NCBI RefSeq assembly: GCF_001194135.2
Contig: NC_068987.1
Location: forward strand, 49,522,104-49,586,103
Reading direction: 5' to 3'
Source: Octopus bimaculoides
Taxonomy: Eukaryota
DNA: 64,000 nucleotides
The translations under genes were made by a program, and so were the position numbers. The notes beneath the pieces are model-generated. The model saw nothing but the letters and a program-made list of their open reading frames with translations. It had not been told where the DNA came from and did no database searches. Positions 23,376 to 35,604 of this stretch are shown here, in pieces (the stretch's first letter is position 1; the number at the start of each line of letters is the position of its first letter).

Positions 23376-24102
23376 AGTTGTATTAAAATAAGCATTAAAA
23401 TTTATGATGTAAGCTGGACTCTAATAGATATAGCAGCCTAATCTTCCTCAAATTACAGTCTACAGTTTCATTCATTCATACATACATCATCATCATGTTT
23501 TTTTTACCATAAGACAGCATTTCTATATAGTAGATGTGGATCTAGTTTTTTTCATTTGCACAATATGCATTTTTTAAAAGGAAATAAAAAATCTGAAAAA
23601 CAGCTATAATAATTGTAGCCTTCCAGTCTCATTGCTTTGAAGGTATGATGCTGTGGAGAAAAACATTGGAGAAAAAAGTTACAGAGGTTTAAAGATCGAA
23701 AAAGCTGGGTATTTTTAGCCAACAGCGAGACAGAAATTTTCTGCGTTTAGTGGAGTGGTGTCAACTTTAAGGTTGTACCCTGTAAAATTTAGTGTCTGAC
23801 CTGTTCGTTGTAGGTTTCTAAATAAACAGAAATACCTAATAAAATCAAAATGTATCATCTCACTGTCTTTTCATTGATTGTAGTTTTGGATCTAGTGTTT
23901 TTCATTCACAAAATATGCATTTTTGAAAAGGAAGTAAAAAATCTGAAAATCAGCTATAATAATGTAGCCTTCCAGTCTCATTGCTTTGAAGGTATGATGT
24001 TGAGGAGAAAAAAGTTACAGAGGTTTAAAAATCAAAAAAGCTTAGTACTTTTAGCCAATAGCAAAACAGAAATTTTCTGCATTTAGCGGAGCGGTGTCAA
24101 CT
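23376..24102. mobile_element. Tandem pair of TTAA-bounded non-autonomous units (Kolobok/piggyBac-like ends)
   Basis: ~235 bp direct repeats (23525-23766; 23880-24102), each ending GTCAACT|TTAA; starts are TTAA|AGTTGTA (23372) and TTAA|GGTTGTA (23767). Confidence 0.55.
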
Positions 24103-24568
24103 TTAATTCCAAATAACATCAGATTCTTTCATTTACAAGATAAAGTAATTGGTTAATCGTAATCAAAATTCAGAGTTGCATCAATATACTAAAATTAAAA
24201 GCAATCTAAGCAAAATTAAGGGGGCTCATTTTACGAATGAGGACTAGATCCATAGATGCTCCTTACTAGGAAACATTTAAATTCATATGTAAAAGGTTCA
24301 TGTATGCTAGAGCTGCTAGATACAACAGGCAAATCTGCCTCAAATAGTACTATGCTGAAATCACTCTTCAATGCTTATTTTATGCATTTATGACCCAAGT
24401 GAAATCTCTAAATTTTACCTAAACCTACTAGGAATAGCAGCTAAATCTTTCTCAAACCACTCCCTACTCTGTGTATATTTTAATCATGGCAGCACTTAAT
24501 GTTTTATTAAAAGAGATCTCATGCATTTTTGCTACTTTTTCTGATGAGCTGTAGTACACCTGAGTTCA

Positions 24569-24936
24569 TTATTACCTCAGCCTTAGCGAAGGCGGAGGTA
24601 TTGTTTTCAGTCGTGTTTGTTTGTTTGTCCGTGGACAAGATATCTCAAGACCCGCTTGATGGATTCGGATGAAACTTTCAGGGATGTCTGGCCTTGTGAC
24701 TGGCACAAAATTATTAGAATTTGGGATCATCAGGTACCGGACAAGGATTCTGGATTATTTTTCCTGCCTTTTTTTACTTAATTTTTGAGAGCGGTCGGGT
24801 TCATTTTTAGTATTCTCGTTTGTGAGAGCAATCGAGTTTATTTCAGATATTCTCATTTAAAAAATTATCTCTGGCTAATCGTTGAGGAGGTTGGTGTTGC
24901 CTTGGCGGAGGATTGCGCTTTCTGAGTGCTCTTGTT
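24569..24936 (+). mobile_element. Helentron-associated (DINE-1/HINE-like) non-autonomous element
   Basis: 5' TTATTACCTCAGCCTTAGCGAAGGCGGAGGT hairpin, (GTTT)n microsatellite, 3' sub-TIR GGCGGAGG and ...CTGAGTGCTCTTGTT end. Confidence 0.8.
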
Positions 24937-25619
24937 AATATTTGATTTTACAACCAACAAAATAAAATGAAAGCCAATGACATAAGCAAGATTTGAACTA
25001 AGCACGTAAAGGGAAGTAAACTATATGGTCTGCCACTCTAACGATGTCATCAATCCTCTTCCCTGAAATCAACTTGACTCTCTCTCTCTCTCTATCTGTC
25101 CATCTGCGTGTACGCATTTTCAATTGCAATCGTGACGGTACCACAATGCAATAATAAACATTTACATTTATTTAAAGTTGGTTAACGGACATCGTATATG
25201 ATTAAAGTTTTCTGACAAGTATTTAAAAAATATGCAAGTATTCTGTCATTCTGTTTGACGACTTGAGGCAAAAGACAATTATCTCCAGTTGAATCACATT
25301 ATGTTGCTGTAGTTAAGTGCTAAATAGAATAATGCTAATAACTTGCCAATAGCTCTCCATTCGTAGCCACTTCGAAAATAAGTGCGTATGTATATTTAAC
25401 TAGGTCTGCCCTGATACAGTAACTTTATATAATGAAATAAATTTCTAGCAGCGCCAATCCCGTTTTTAATAAGTTGTTACATATTTTCTATAACGACGAA
25501 ATAATAATCTGAGAAAGATTTAGCTGCTATTTCTTGCAGATCGCGTCCCTGTTGGTTTGTGAGTGACGGAAAAGTGTGGTTAGATTTTAGCATTCAACTT
25601 ATAATACATTAAGCTTTTG

Positions 25620-26490
25620 AAATGAAAATATGCAACAAGTACAACAAAATAAGACAGTATAATTTAAGCACGAAGGACTTTTATGGCCAATATCGAGATT
25701 TACGCTTCATATTAATTAAGCAAAGTGCAAACCAACCATCCGTTGGTCAGTTTATAATTCAATTCATTTACTTTGACAACAAAACTACAGTAAACTACAA
25801 TGCATAAACAACGGAGAAAAAATATTTCTGGTCGAGGGTCACGTAAAGAAGCCAAAAATTGGAGGCAGGTTGTCTGACTATTTGCCCAGCCCAAGCATGT
25901 AAACAAAGCAGAAAACAAAGTATGCGCCGAAAACTGGTGTAGAGCGTGTGTTAAGGTTTTGTCTAAAGTAATCATATCAAGAACAAACATTTTAGCGATA
26001 TTTGCAAGCTAAACTAAGAAAATCCACAGTACCTGATTTTGTTTGAAACAGAAAAACGGTCGAAAGAGACGGTTTTTGAATTTTTACATTCCAGAGGAAT
26101 TGAACTTAGTACAGCAACGAAACACGATTGAATAAGTGTTTTAACTATATGTTGCTTATATTCGATCTGATCGTTAGATAAGTTTGTTTCGTTGGTGATT
26201 GATTACTTGATAAAGTAGTCTAGCAATCAACATTTTTCCGTGTGCAAAACGAAAGTATTTAGTGAGTTACAAACATTAAGTCGTATTTTTTTCTTCTAAC
26301 TCCTCCAGAATACAGACTAAAAAGTAGCCTTTTAGATGGTTCGAACCGATTAAAAATAATGTAAAGAATATATAGAATATATAAAAATAATGCAAAATAT
26401 ATATATAAATACGGACCTCTTCTCGAGATGATCTTCTGTGTTCAACGACCGTTAACGTGAAAAGTATAATGGAATTTCCAAAGCAACTAA
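25620..26490 (+). mobile_element. Highly decayed hAT (Charlie/Buster-like) transposase relic
   Basis: Plus frame ...LEAGCLTICPAQACKQSRKQSMRRKLV...NHIKNKHFSDICKLN*ENPQYLIL parallels the CxxHRxAL...VNHIK...LC...LLLHTEVRWLS hAT region; many stops. Confidence 0.5.
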
Positions 26491-26499
26491 ATATAATTG

Positions 26500-26703
26500 A
26501 GAGAAGGGAGAGTAAAAAGTAAAATAAAACATTTAAGTGGAGAAGCAGGCAAAAATATAACTTTGTAAAGTTATATTCTTTCAACTGGAATCTATATTAG
26601 ATTTTATTAAAATTTGTATAATAAATTGGTCATACTTCTACAATACACAAAATATTTTAATTTTTTAATGCTAATCCTTATAATATAAAAATACAATAAC
26701 ATC

Positions 26704-26734
<31 letters not shown>

Positions 26735-26899
26735 CTATCTATATATATATATGACCAATTTATATATGACCAATTTATTATACAAATTTTAATAAAATCT
26801 AATATAGATTCCAGTTGAAAGAATATAACTTTACAAAGTTATATTTTTGTCTGCTTCTCCACTTAAATGTTTTATTTTACTTTTTACTCTCCCTTCTCT
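26500..26899. repeat. 135 bp near-perfect inverted repeat around an (ATCT)n/(AT)n spacer
   Basis: 26500-26634 vs 26765-26899; one mismatch seen. Confidence 0.92.
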
Positions 26900-28419
26900 A
26901 AAAAAAATGGTTTAGAACCCTTTGCGGTTGGGTAGGGTGGGGTTTAAAGTGATAAGAAGTGAATGCTTTTGTTTGGTAACAGATTTTAATTTTTTATTGA
27001 TCTCGGAGGAAACAAAACACAAATTCAACCTTGGCATAAAAGACTACAAACAGCCACGGGATCAAATATTTCATTTGTAGAAAAGGTAAATTTTGGAAAC
27101 AGTGGGAGGGAGGAGGCAAAATGAGCTATTTTTACTGTATTCTTGATTTTGAGACAAAATATAACCTATTTTTTCACAAATGTTAACTACCTTACACAAA
27201 CTATATCAGCTAAGTAAATAACCTTCCATAAATGCATTAAAAGCATTATAACATAATCTGATCACTATTTCAGAAAATTATCGCCGTTCTCTCTGAGCAT
27301 ATAAAAGGCAACCTTGGTTGGGGCAAAATGAGTAAGACAAGATAAAGTAAATTTGCCACTCAATTTTCCAGAAAACAGACTCATACACATCAATATTCAT
27401 CCCTAGGAATCAGAAAGATCAGAAATACAAAAAAAAATTAAAATGTAGTATCTAAGTCAAAGGAAAAAGACTCAGGGGAAACTGGCACATAATATGAAAT
27501 TAACGAAACTCGACCAAATAAAAAAAAAAAATCAACATAAAATATTATCTATAGCTTCTTCACGATCTGCTGGAGTCTCCTCCATGCAGTTAAAGAGAAG
27601 AAATTATTGAAATGAGACATTACTCATTTTACCATATTTTTTGAAACTAGAAAATTATCAAATTAGACATTAGTGTGGAAAAAAAGTTGACTCGGAATCT
27701 AATGGAGAAAAGAATATTGATTGTTAAACACCAAAAATTATCAAGATATTTTATTAACAAATTACAATCGGATCAAAGTTGAAAAATTTCTTGAAAAAAA
27801 AAGAGGACCTGCCACCTGACTATGTTTCGGACTCTCAACTTCAGCAACAACTATGCTGACCAATTTTTTTAATCTTAAAGACGGTGTACCAGTACAAATA
27901 ATGATGCAATACTTCCAATGTAATGATTTCAAACAGGTAGAGAGAAAATAGTGAGAAATAAGAAGTTACTCATTTTGCCCCACCCCTACTCACTTCTTTA
28001 TTTAAACAATTGAAGAACAATTTAGGTATGTAATTTCAAATGGTGCAAGTTATTTTGAAGTTAGACCCGGAAAAATATTCACACACCAGCAAGAAATTTA
28101 TAAATATGGGGTAAATATGGTTACAGTATTATTTTTAAATCCGTTTATTTTATTTATTTATTTATTTATTTATTTTGTGCGAAATAAGGTGTTAAAAGAA
28201 TTGTAATGATAATCATTGTCATTAGAGCTGTGGGGAGCGACGTTCCAAAATCACATATTTTCATGGAGTTCAATTTATTTTTTTTTAATAGGAGAATTCT
28301 ATATGTCAATTTTTTTAAAAGTTTTCCTTCATTTTGAAGTGCGTGGTAAAAAAATAGAAAGATTTTGGAAAAAAAAAACGTCCGTGGGTTTTCCCCATGT
28401 GTATAAATAGTAAAACAAT

Positions 28420-28720
28420 TAGCATAGATAATAAAAGTGGGAGAAAACTAGTGAATGAGAGAGAGTGAAATAGAAGGAAGAAAGAAAAAGAAAACAAGCA
28501 AAAAAGAAGGAGAGAGAAAAAAGAAAGAGTGGGATGGAAACGGAAGAGAGAAAGAAAAAAACGTGCAAAAGAGAGAAGGAGGAAGGGAGAAATAGATAGA
28601 GACAGAAGAGAGAGTGGGAGAGGAGAGGTAGAGTAAATGTGTTGCGTGTGAGTACACGTTGCTCCATGAGAGTGTGTGTGTCAGAAGAGAGAGAGAGAGA
28701 GAAAGAAAGAGAGAGCGCGT
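28420..28720. repeat. Purine-rich low-complexity and (AG)n tract
   Basis: Directly visible. Confidence 0.85.
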
Positions 28721-28732
28721 GGAGGCATATTT

Positions 28733-29085
28733 TTTCTTTTTTCTACTCTAGGCACAAGGCTCGAAATTTTGGGGGAGGGAGGCCAGTCGATTAGATCAAC
28801 CCAGTACGCAACTAGTACTTAATTTATCGACCCCGAAAGGCTAAAAGGCAAAGTCGACCTCGACGGAATTTGAACTCAGAACGCTAAGCATTTCACCCGG
28901 CATGCTAACGTTTCTTATTTCTTTATTGTCCATAGAGGGGACAAACAAGGACAGACAAAGAGATAAAGTCGATTGCATCAACCCCAGTGCGTAACTGGTA
29001 CTTAATTTATCGACCCCCGAAAGGATGAAAGGCAAAGTCGACCTCGGCGGAATTTGAACTCAGAATGTAAAGACAGACGAAATAC
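28733..29085 (-). mobile_element. Two tandem SINE family 2 units (28733-28915 and 28916-29085)
   Basis: TATCGACCCCGAAAGG..AAAGGCAAAGTCGACCTCG..GGAATTTGAACTCAGAA occurs twice; both heads are 5'-truncated. Confidence 0.9.
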
Positions 29086-30196
29086 TGATTTCTTTATTAG
29101 GCATAAAGCCCTAAACACAGATGCGGACACCACAAGGACAGACAAGACCACAGTGGGGACAAAAAAAAAACACAAAACAAATGTAAATGGGATGAAATTA
29201 TATAATAATGAAAAAATAAAAATGGACGCATGGGTCCTACTCCCATTTGAACCATTATATCTACTATCTACAATTGTTCTTTTTTTTTTTTTCCTACTTT
29301 ATCACTATTATTTTCCTAAGAATAACATAATTTAACATATATTATTTTTCCTCTTTTAGTAAAACTTCATCAGTGGTTCAATATCTATCAGATTCACTAC
29401 TGGTGGCAACTCCTTGAATTCTATCTCCACTCCTGGTGGGTCAACGCTATCTCCACGCATTTCTTTCAACTTTCTGTAGTTCTCTTCTTCAATCGGTATT
29501 GCCTTCATATCCTCTGCGTAGACGTATGAAGGCACCTTCACTCTTACTATTTAATTAAACTTATTGATCGTTCTTTCTGTTTCACCCACATAATACCACA
29601 CTCCATCTCCTCCTCGTATCTTCTTTCCTTTATCTTGTACTTTTTGTTCTCTTTTTCCTTCCTCTATTCTAAATAATCTCTCCAACTCTCCTTCCTGCAG
29701 TTGTATTTCAGAATCTTTCTCCACTGGAACAACAGGTATCTTTACTGATAACTCCACTTTCTTTTCACTTTCCCTTTTTTTCTTCTTTCTTACTGACTGC
29801 CATCACAGTTTCTTTTCTCACCTCTTCTCTCTTCTTTTTCTGCTTCTCTGGCGGAGAACTCATTCCTCCGCTCTTCCTTCTTTTCTTTTTAACCATAGTA
29901 AATCCATTCTCTTTTTCTTTTTCTGTTACCATGACCTGGTCCACACTATCCTGTCTCTCCACCTGTTCTGCTTGTTGTTCTCTTTGGGTGCACCACGCTT
30001 TCATGTGACCCCTCTCTCCACATGTGAAACATATCGGCAGCCTTCCCTCTACACTGATTCTCGATCTTACATCTTCAGGCAACACAATCTCATCCACAAC
30101 ACTGTTCAAATCCTCCGTAGTTGCCTGTATTGTCAATTCAATACCATATCCCCAGTAGTTTACTTTCTGGGTCCTTATTACTATAGAAACTTTCAC
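29086..30196 (-). mobile_element. ORF1-only (gag-like CCHC) non-LTR retroelement, L1/Tx1-ORF1-like, 5'-truncated
   Basis: RISVEGRLPICFTCGERGHMKAWC zinc knuckle, Lys/Glu-rich tail, stop at ~29356, ~270 nt 3' UTR, AATAAA at 29093-29098; no endonuclease or RT between ORF1 and the tail. Confidence 0.72.
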
Positions 30197-30199
30197 CTA

Positions 30200-31540
30200 T
30201 AGGGCTTTCCTATAAGTAGGTTATCTCCCTTGGCTAGGCGGCGCTCCATGTAGATAATTAAACTTCCGCAGACTACCCACGCCATTGTTATTGTTTTACG
30301 TCTTATCATGGATATAAAGCAGCTTGATGATTCAGCTATCGAAGTATTTACTGTACCTGAGTTAAAGAAATATTTAAGATTATATGGACAGTATGTTACT
30401 GGAAGAAAGGTGGACTTGACTGAAAGGTTGAACGGAATAAAAATTCTGTCGATGAAGAATGTCAACAAAGTAAATTCATCGGACGATAAGTCTGAAGTAT
30501 CGGACGATACTTCAGACAAGAATAAGCAGAAGCTTATATCTCCTCTCGGTGAAGTATTGCCTGATCTAAAGATCTTTGTAAGTTGCCGAATTTCACAGAT
30601 AATGACATAATTACCTCGTGCTACGGATGAAAGCAAAGCAACAGTTAAGGAGTGGCATATTTTACCACGACAGACACGTACACAGCATCGAATACCACGA
30701 TGTGAGTGAAAGCTGCTCTCACTGTATTGTCCGGTGTCTGGTAATCCCTTCAATACCGACATCAAACCAAAAAAAGAATCCTGACCACAGAGTGTGGGTA
30801 ATTATGTCAAAGGTCACTGGCAATGTGCATTCAGCTGATTGCAACTGTTAAAGCAAGTCACTGAGCATGCGTACATGTTATACGGAGAGTTCCAATCAGG
30901 GGTGGATAACAACCTTATAGGAACCTCCTATATGTATGTCTGTGACTTTCAATTGGCTAAAATTACCAAAAATTTGCAAACTTTAAAAGCTTTAACTGTT
31001 TATTTATTGATTTATGGTGGAAATGAATTTCATATCAATAAAGAGCATACAAAACTACATCAACACATCAAATTTGAAATCAATTGAAGCAAAATTGAAG
31101 AGTGACATCCTAACAGAAAAGATCCATGCTAGAATATGGTGTATCAAAACTATGTTAGAAGCCATTGATAAATATCAGCATTCGAGCACAAATATGTACA
31201 AACAGAACTGAAACTCTCGGGCAATCACCAACCCTCACCTGTCCCAAGGAAGATAACATTTCACCATGCTCAGACATGCTTTTATGGAATACTAGAAATA
31301 AAGAATACCGTTTGCATGACATTGACACTTGCTTACAACTATCACGCGATGTCGAGGCACGGAGACAGTAAAACACACACGCATACATACATACATGCAT
31401 GCATGCATACATACATACATAAACACACACGTAGGCACCTTTTATTAAAACCGAAAAAATCTTCACAAAATATTAGCGTTTCATGTTACCATTCATCGGA
31501 CAGTTGTGATCATACTAGAATAAGACAAAAATTGTGATGG
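30200..31540 (+). mobile_element. Decayed SAP-domain plus SWIM-zinc-finger ORF (DNA-transposon accessory gene type)
   Basis: FTVPELKKYLRLYGQYVTGRKVDLTERL (SAP-like); VWVIMSKVTGNVHSADCNC (start of a SWIM CxC); frameshifts; no introns evident. Confidence 0.6.
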
Positions 31541-31552
31541 TACCTGTAATAT

Positions 31553-31660
31553 ATGATACGGGCGAAAAGAATATGAACACCCGGTGTTTAGAATTTAGGG
31601 TTAGGTTTTCTGTTACGCCGAAAACGGGTGGTATACATATTCTTTACCTTCGCCTATGAT
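31553..31660. mobile_element. Small imperfect MITE-like palindrome containing TTAGGGTTAGG
   Basis: GGGCGAAAAGAATATGAACACCC ... GGGTGGTATACATATTCTTTACCTTCGCC. Confidence 0.45.
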
Positions 31661-32074
31661 ATTATATAATGCAATTCAACGAATAAGAAATTAAATTTGA
31701 TGGGGGACTGATTTTCAAAAACATAACGGTATACGTTCACTTGGTGGGGTAAAGCTTAACGCTGAAATATATTAATATCTTACATATACTAAACGCAATA
31801 TGTGTCTCATTGGTCACACTGAGAAAAAAAAGACTAAAACAACAAATGGAATGGGAGTGCCAGAAACGCTAAAGGCAGACAAACTGCATTCAAAGGTTTT
31901 GGTCTGCTGTAAGTCGCTGATATTCTAATCAAAAATAAACTGCAGATTTTTATTGTGAGTTGTATTTAGTTTATCAGTTTCACACACACACATACACATA
32001 AATATATATCTTTTACTGGTTTCAGCCAAAGGTTGGGTCATGCTGGAGCACCGCCTTTCAGTGTGTTTGGGTTT

Positions 32075-34100
32075 CCTTTCTCTTTGTTTCCGTACTGTTT
32101 TGATGAAGTGAGTTGGACGGAGCCCCTTTCATTGTGCCTCCAACCGCGATATGGGTTCATCTGGGATTTCAGAGAGAAATTTATCCAGATGTTTCTTGAA
32201 GGTCTCCACATCTACACCTCACAAATCTCTGAAGTTGTTTAGCAGGATGTTAAACAGTTGTGGTCCCATAGAAATCAGGCTGTTGCAGTCCTAGGTCCTT
32301 ATTCGGGATGGAAAAGACGGGATCTTTAGTATTATGCAGTGCTGTCTAGTTCGGTGGTTGGTATAACTTTTAATTCCAAAGTTGGGAGCTAGACCTTTCA
32401 GGATCTTCCATATGCGTATCACTGCATATTTTTCTTACCTTCACCCCATGGAGTACAGCTTCAGTTCTCTTAGCCTCTCCAAGTAGCTCATCTGTTTCAC
32501 CGAGTCAATTTTCTTTGTGTATTGGCGCTGGATTGCCTCAAGTTCCGCTACCAGTTTGACGCTCTGCGACGACCGTAGTTGGGAGCAGTAATCCAGACGA
32601 TTGAGAACCAAAGTTCTCCATGGGATCCTTATTTCTGGTTCTGAATGATCTTAGAATAAAACCACCTATTCGCTTGCACAACATTGCTATCTTGGTAATA
32701 TGCACATGGAATGTTGCATCATTACTTGTTTGGATTCCCAGGTCACGTACTGATTCGAACTCTGGGATTGTAGAACCCTCTGGTACTATGTATTCCGACT
32801 GTACTCTGTTTATGGCCGATTACGGAGTGTTTGAAACTTATCAGCATAGAATGCATGTTATTTTCATCAGCCCATTTGTATGGTGCATACAGGTAGTTTT
32901 GTAGTTTTTCTATGTCATCAGGGTCTTTGACCATCTGTGATACTTTTGCATTATCAGCGTAGCTGGTGAGAGTGGCTGACTGTACGACTGAGAGCATGTC
33001 TGAGAGAGCCACCACAAACAGTAGTGGTCCCCTTGAGGAACTCCACTAAGGATTGATGTCTCCCCAAAGAGAGCACTATTAGCTGCAACTGTCTGACTTC
33101 TGTTTTTTAAAAAGTCGTGCAGCTACTCTCCCAGTTTTCCAATGATACTAAGGTCACGAATTTGTAACATATCATTCCATGATCAACTTTGTCAAAGGCC
33201 TTTGGAAAGTCGTGATATATCACAACCACATTTGAGTGGTTGAGCTGTTATTTTAGTACCCAGTCGTAATGTTGTAGTAGCAGAGTGAGGCAGTTCCTCT
33301 CTGGGCGGAAACAGTGTTGTGTGTGAGCAAGTTATTCTCTTCCAGGAACATGATCAGTCTTATTCTGACAATGCGTTCCATGACCTTGCTTACATGTGAA
33401 GTCAGAGAGATAGGCCTGTAATTTTTAGCATCTGCTCTGTTTCCTCCTTTATGGGTAGAACATATGATACCCTCCTTTCACAGTTTGAAAAGTTTGCCAC
33501 GTGCAAAGAAACTCTGAAAAAGTGTCTGAAGTGGTTTTGCAAGAGCTTTCTTGCATGTTATTAGGAGAACATCGGAAATCCATCCGGGCCCGTTGCTGAG
33601 TTTGAGCTCATCTTATCAGTGGCCAATATTACATGTCCCTCTTTTTTGTTGATGTGTTCAATGGTTGTTTTTTTCCCCATGTAGGTTTAGTGTTGAAAAA
33701 CACTTTAGGCTCATATATTTGTGTTTTCCAGGGGAGAGATGAAAGCACTCTGGAATTGTTTATTTAATACTTCACTATCCTCTTGGGATCTGCAGTTAGC
33801 GAGCCGTCTTCTTCAAACAGTGGTCCGATCCCGTAGTGCACCGAGACAGACTCCTTCACAAACTTGTAGAAGGCTTTGGGATTTATTTTTATATTTTCCA
33901 CCGCCCTGGTTTCTCTTTCTACCCTTTCATTTTCACGGGAGATTCTAAGTTTATTTTTGATCTCTAGAAGTACCTCTTTGAGGAGGGATTTTTCACTGTC
34001 ATAAGGTTTTCTATAAGTGATTGGAAATCTTTGTTTTCTGTCTCATAAAGACTCTCCTGTCTCAGAAAATGATGTTTGCATATGAGGTCGCACTCTTTTC
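32075..34100 (-). mobile_element. CR1-group LINE, RT and 3' end, decayed
   Basis: NYRPISLTSH (~33410), IYHDFPKAFDKVD (~33200), LTSYADNAK (~32955). Confidence 0.9.
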
Positions 34101-34372
34101 TGAGACAAAATTAATGCATATGCATATGAAATTAAATGTTAAACACTTTTGTTTTCAAAATATTATCGTTTACAACATATATATAAATGCTATGTGAACA
34201 ATAATATATATACATATACTTCCAACTTTTTCTTCCGCTTTAATCGATTTTTCCAGGTTTGTCCTTTCTAATATAAGCCCTTATTTCCATTCACGAATAA
34301 AAGAATAACATGTTTTACTGATTTCATCGATCTAAAAACTGTGAACAAGCATACGCCCGCGCGCACACATTC

Positions 34373-34423
34373 ATACACACATACATACATACATACATAC
34401 ATACATACATACATACATACATA
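34373..34423. repeat. (TACA)n microsatellite, target of a mariner insertion
   Basis: Directly visible; mariner TIR follows the TA at 34422-34423. Confidence 0.9.
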
Positions 34424-35042
34424 CGAGGTCTGATCAATGAGTATCTGAACTGTTGCCATAGTAACAAAGCTAAAGCACGCAGAGTTAAGCCGCTCGGCAA
34501 AAATTGACTTGAACTCTGCTGTGCATACACACTAAGTTTTAACGTTCTAGCTCACTTCCACTGTTTACAGCAGTGCTTAGAAGGAAGGTGTGTAGCGTGC
34601 GATCGTTGTATTGACTATGACAGAGAAAGTTGTCATGGCGATACCTGCTCAGTGGCTTATACAAAATTGCAGAAAGTGCATGGAGAGGAGTGTATAAGCC
34701 GCACACAAATGTACAAGTGTTTCAGATGTTTCCAAGATGGCCAAAAAAACGTCAATATTGACGAACGTTCTGAGAGACCCGCAACCAGCAGAACTGAGAA
34801 AAACGTTGCAGATGTGCGTGCAGCTGTGAGGGGAAATCGTCGAATCGCCATCTATGAGTTATCAGAAGATGTGCTGATTAGTTACGGTTCAGTTCAATCC
34901 ATTATCACTGAAGATTTGGGAATGAGATGTGTGTCAGCCAAGCTTGTGCCAAAACTGCTTTCAGCTGACCAAAAAGGGACTTTAGGTTTCAGTTGCACAA
35001 GATTTCCTTGATTGTGTCGAGAACAATGAAAACCTTTTGAAA
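34424..35042 (+). mobile_element. Mariner family C, 5' half (rest in gap)
   Basis: TA|CGAGGTCTGATCAAT TIR; YTKLQKVHGEEC...RSERPATSRT...DLGMRCVSAKLVPKLL. Confidence 0.88.
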
Positions 35043-35165
35043 NNNNNNNNNNNNNNNNNNNNNNNNNNNNNNNNNNNNNNNNNNNNNNNNNNNNNNNNNN
35101 NNNNNNNNNNNNNNNNNNNNNNNNNNNNNNNNNNNNNNNNNNNNNNNNNNNNNNNNNNNNNNNNN

Positions 35166-35198
<33 letters not shown>

Positions 35199-35604
35199 TT
35201 ATATATATACACACACATATATACATACACACACACACATAGAGAGAGAGAGAGAGAAATTAAGAAATTATAACATTATTATTTTTGAAAATCAGTGATT
35301 GTGTTTCAATGAATATATATAAATAAAACCTTTGAACAGAGGTCAACAGCGAGCCCTGCTCGACTCAGCAGCTCCACATTGATAAGGAGCAACTACCCTG
35401 AAACCGGTCTGTGGATGCCAAGCCAGTAAAAGGAAGTTGATGACCTCCCCTGTTCGAAGGTTTATGGATGCAGGTTTGTGCGTCATATAGCTAGCTGGAG
35501 GCAATCGCCTCTTGGAGCTAATCAACAGCAGCATTCATCCTATTTCTCTGGACCGCCATGTTAGCTTGGCAATAAACATTAATATATATATATATATATA
35601 TATA

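Noticed and set aside
24541-24570. CTGATGAGCTGTAG
   Set aside because: No downstream GAAA or stem III; probably chance.
25712-25990. Minus-strand ORF MFVLDMITLDKTLTHALHQF... looked like a host exon
   Set aside because: All three frames from the best acceptor (~26035) hit stops within 45 nt, and the plus strand reads as a decayed hAT transposase.
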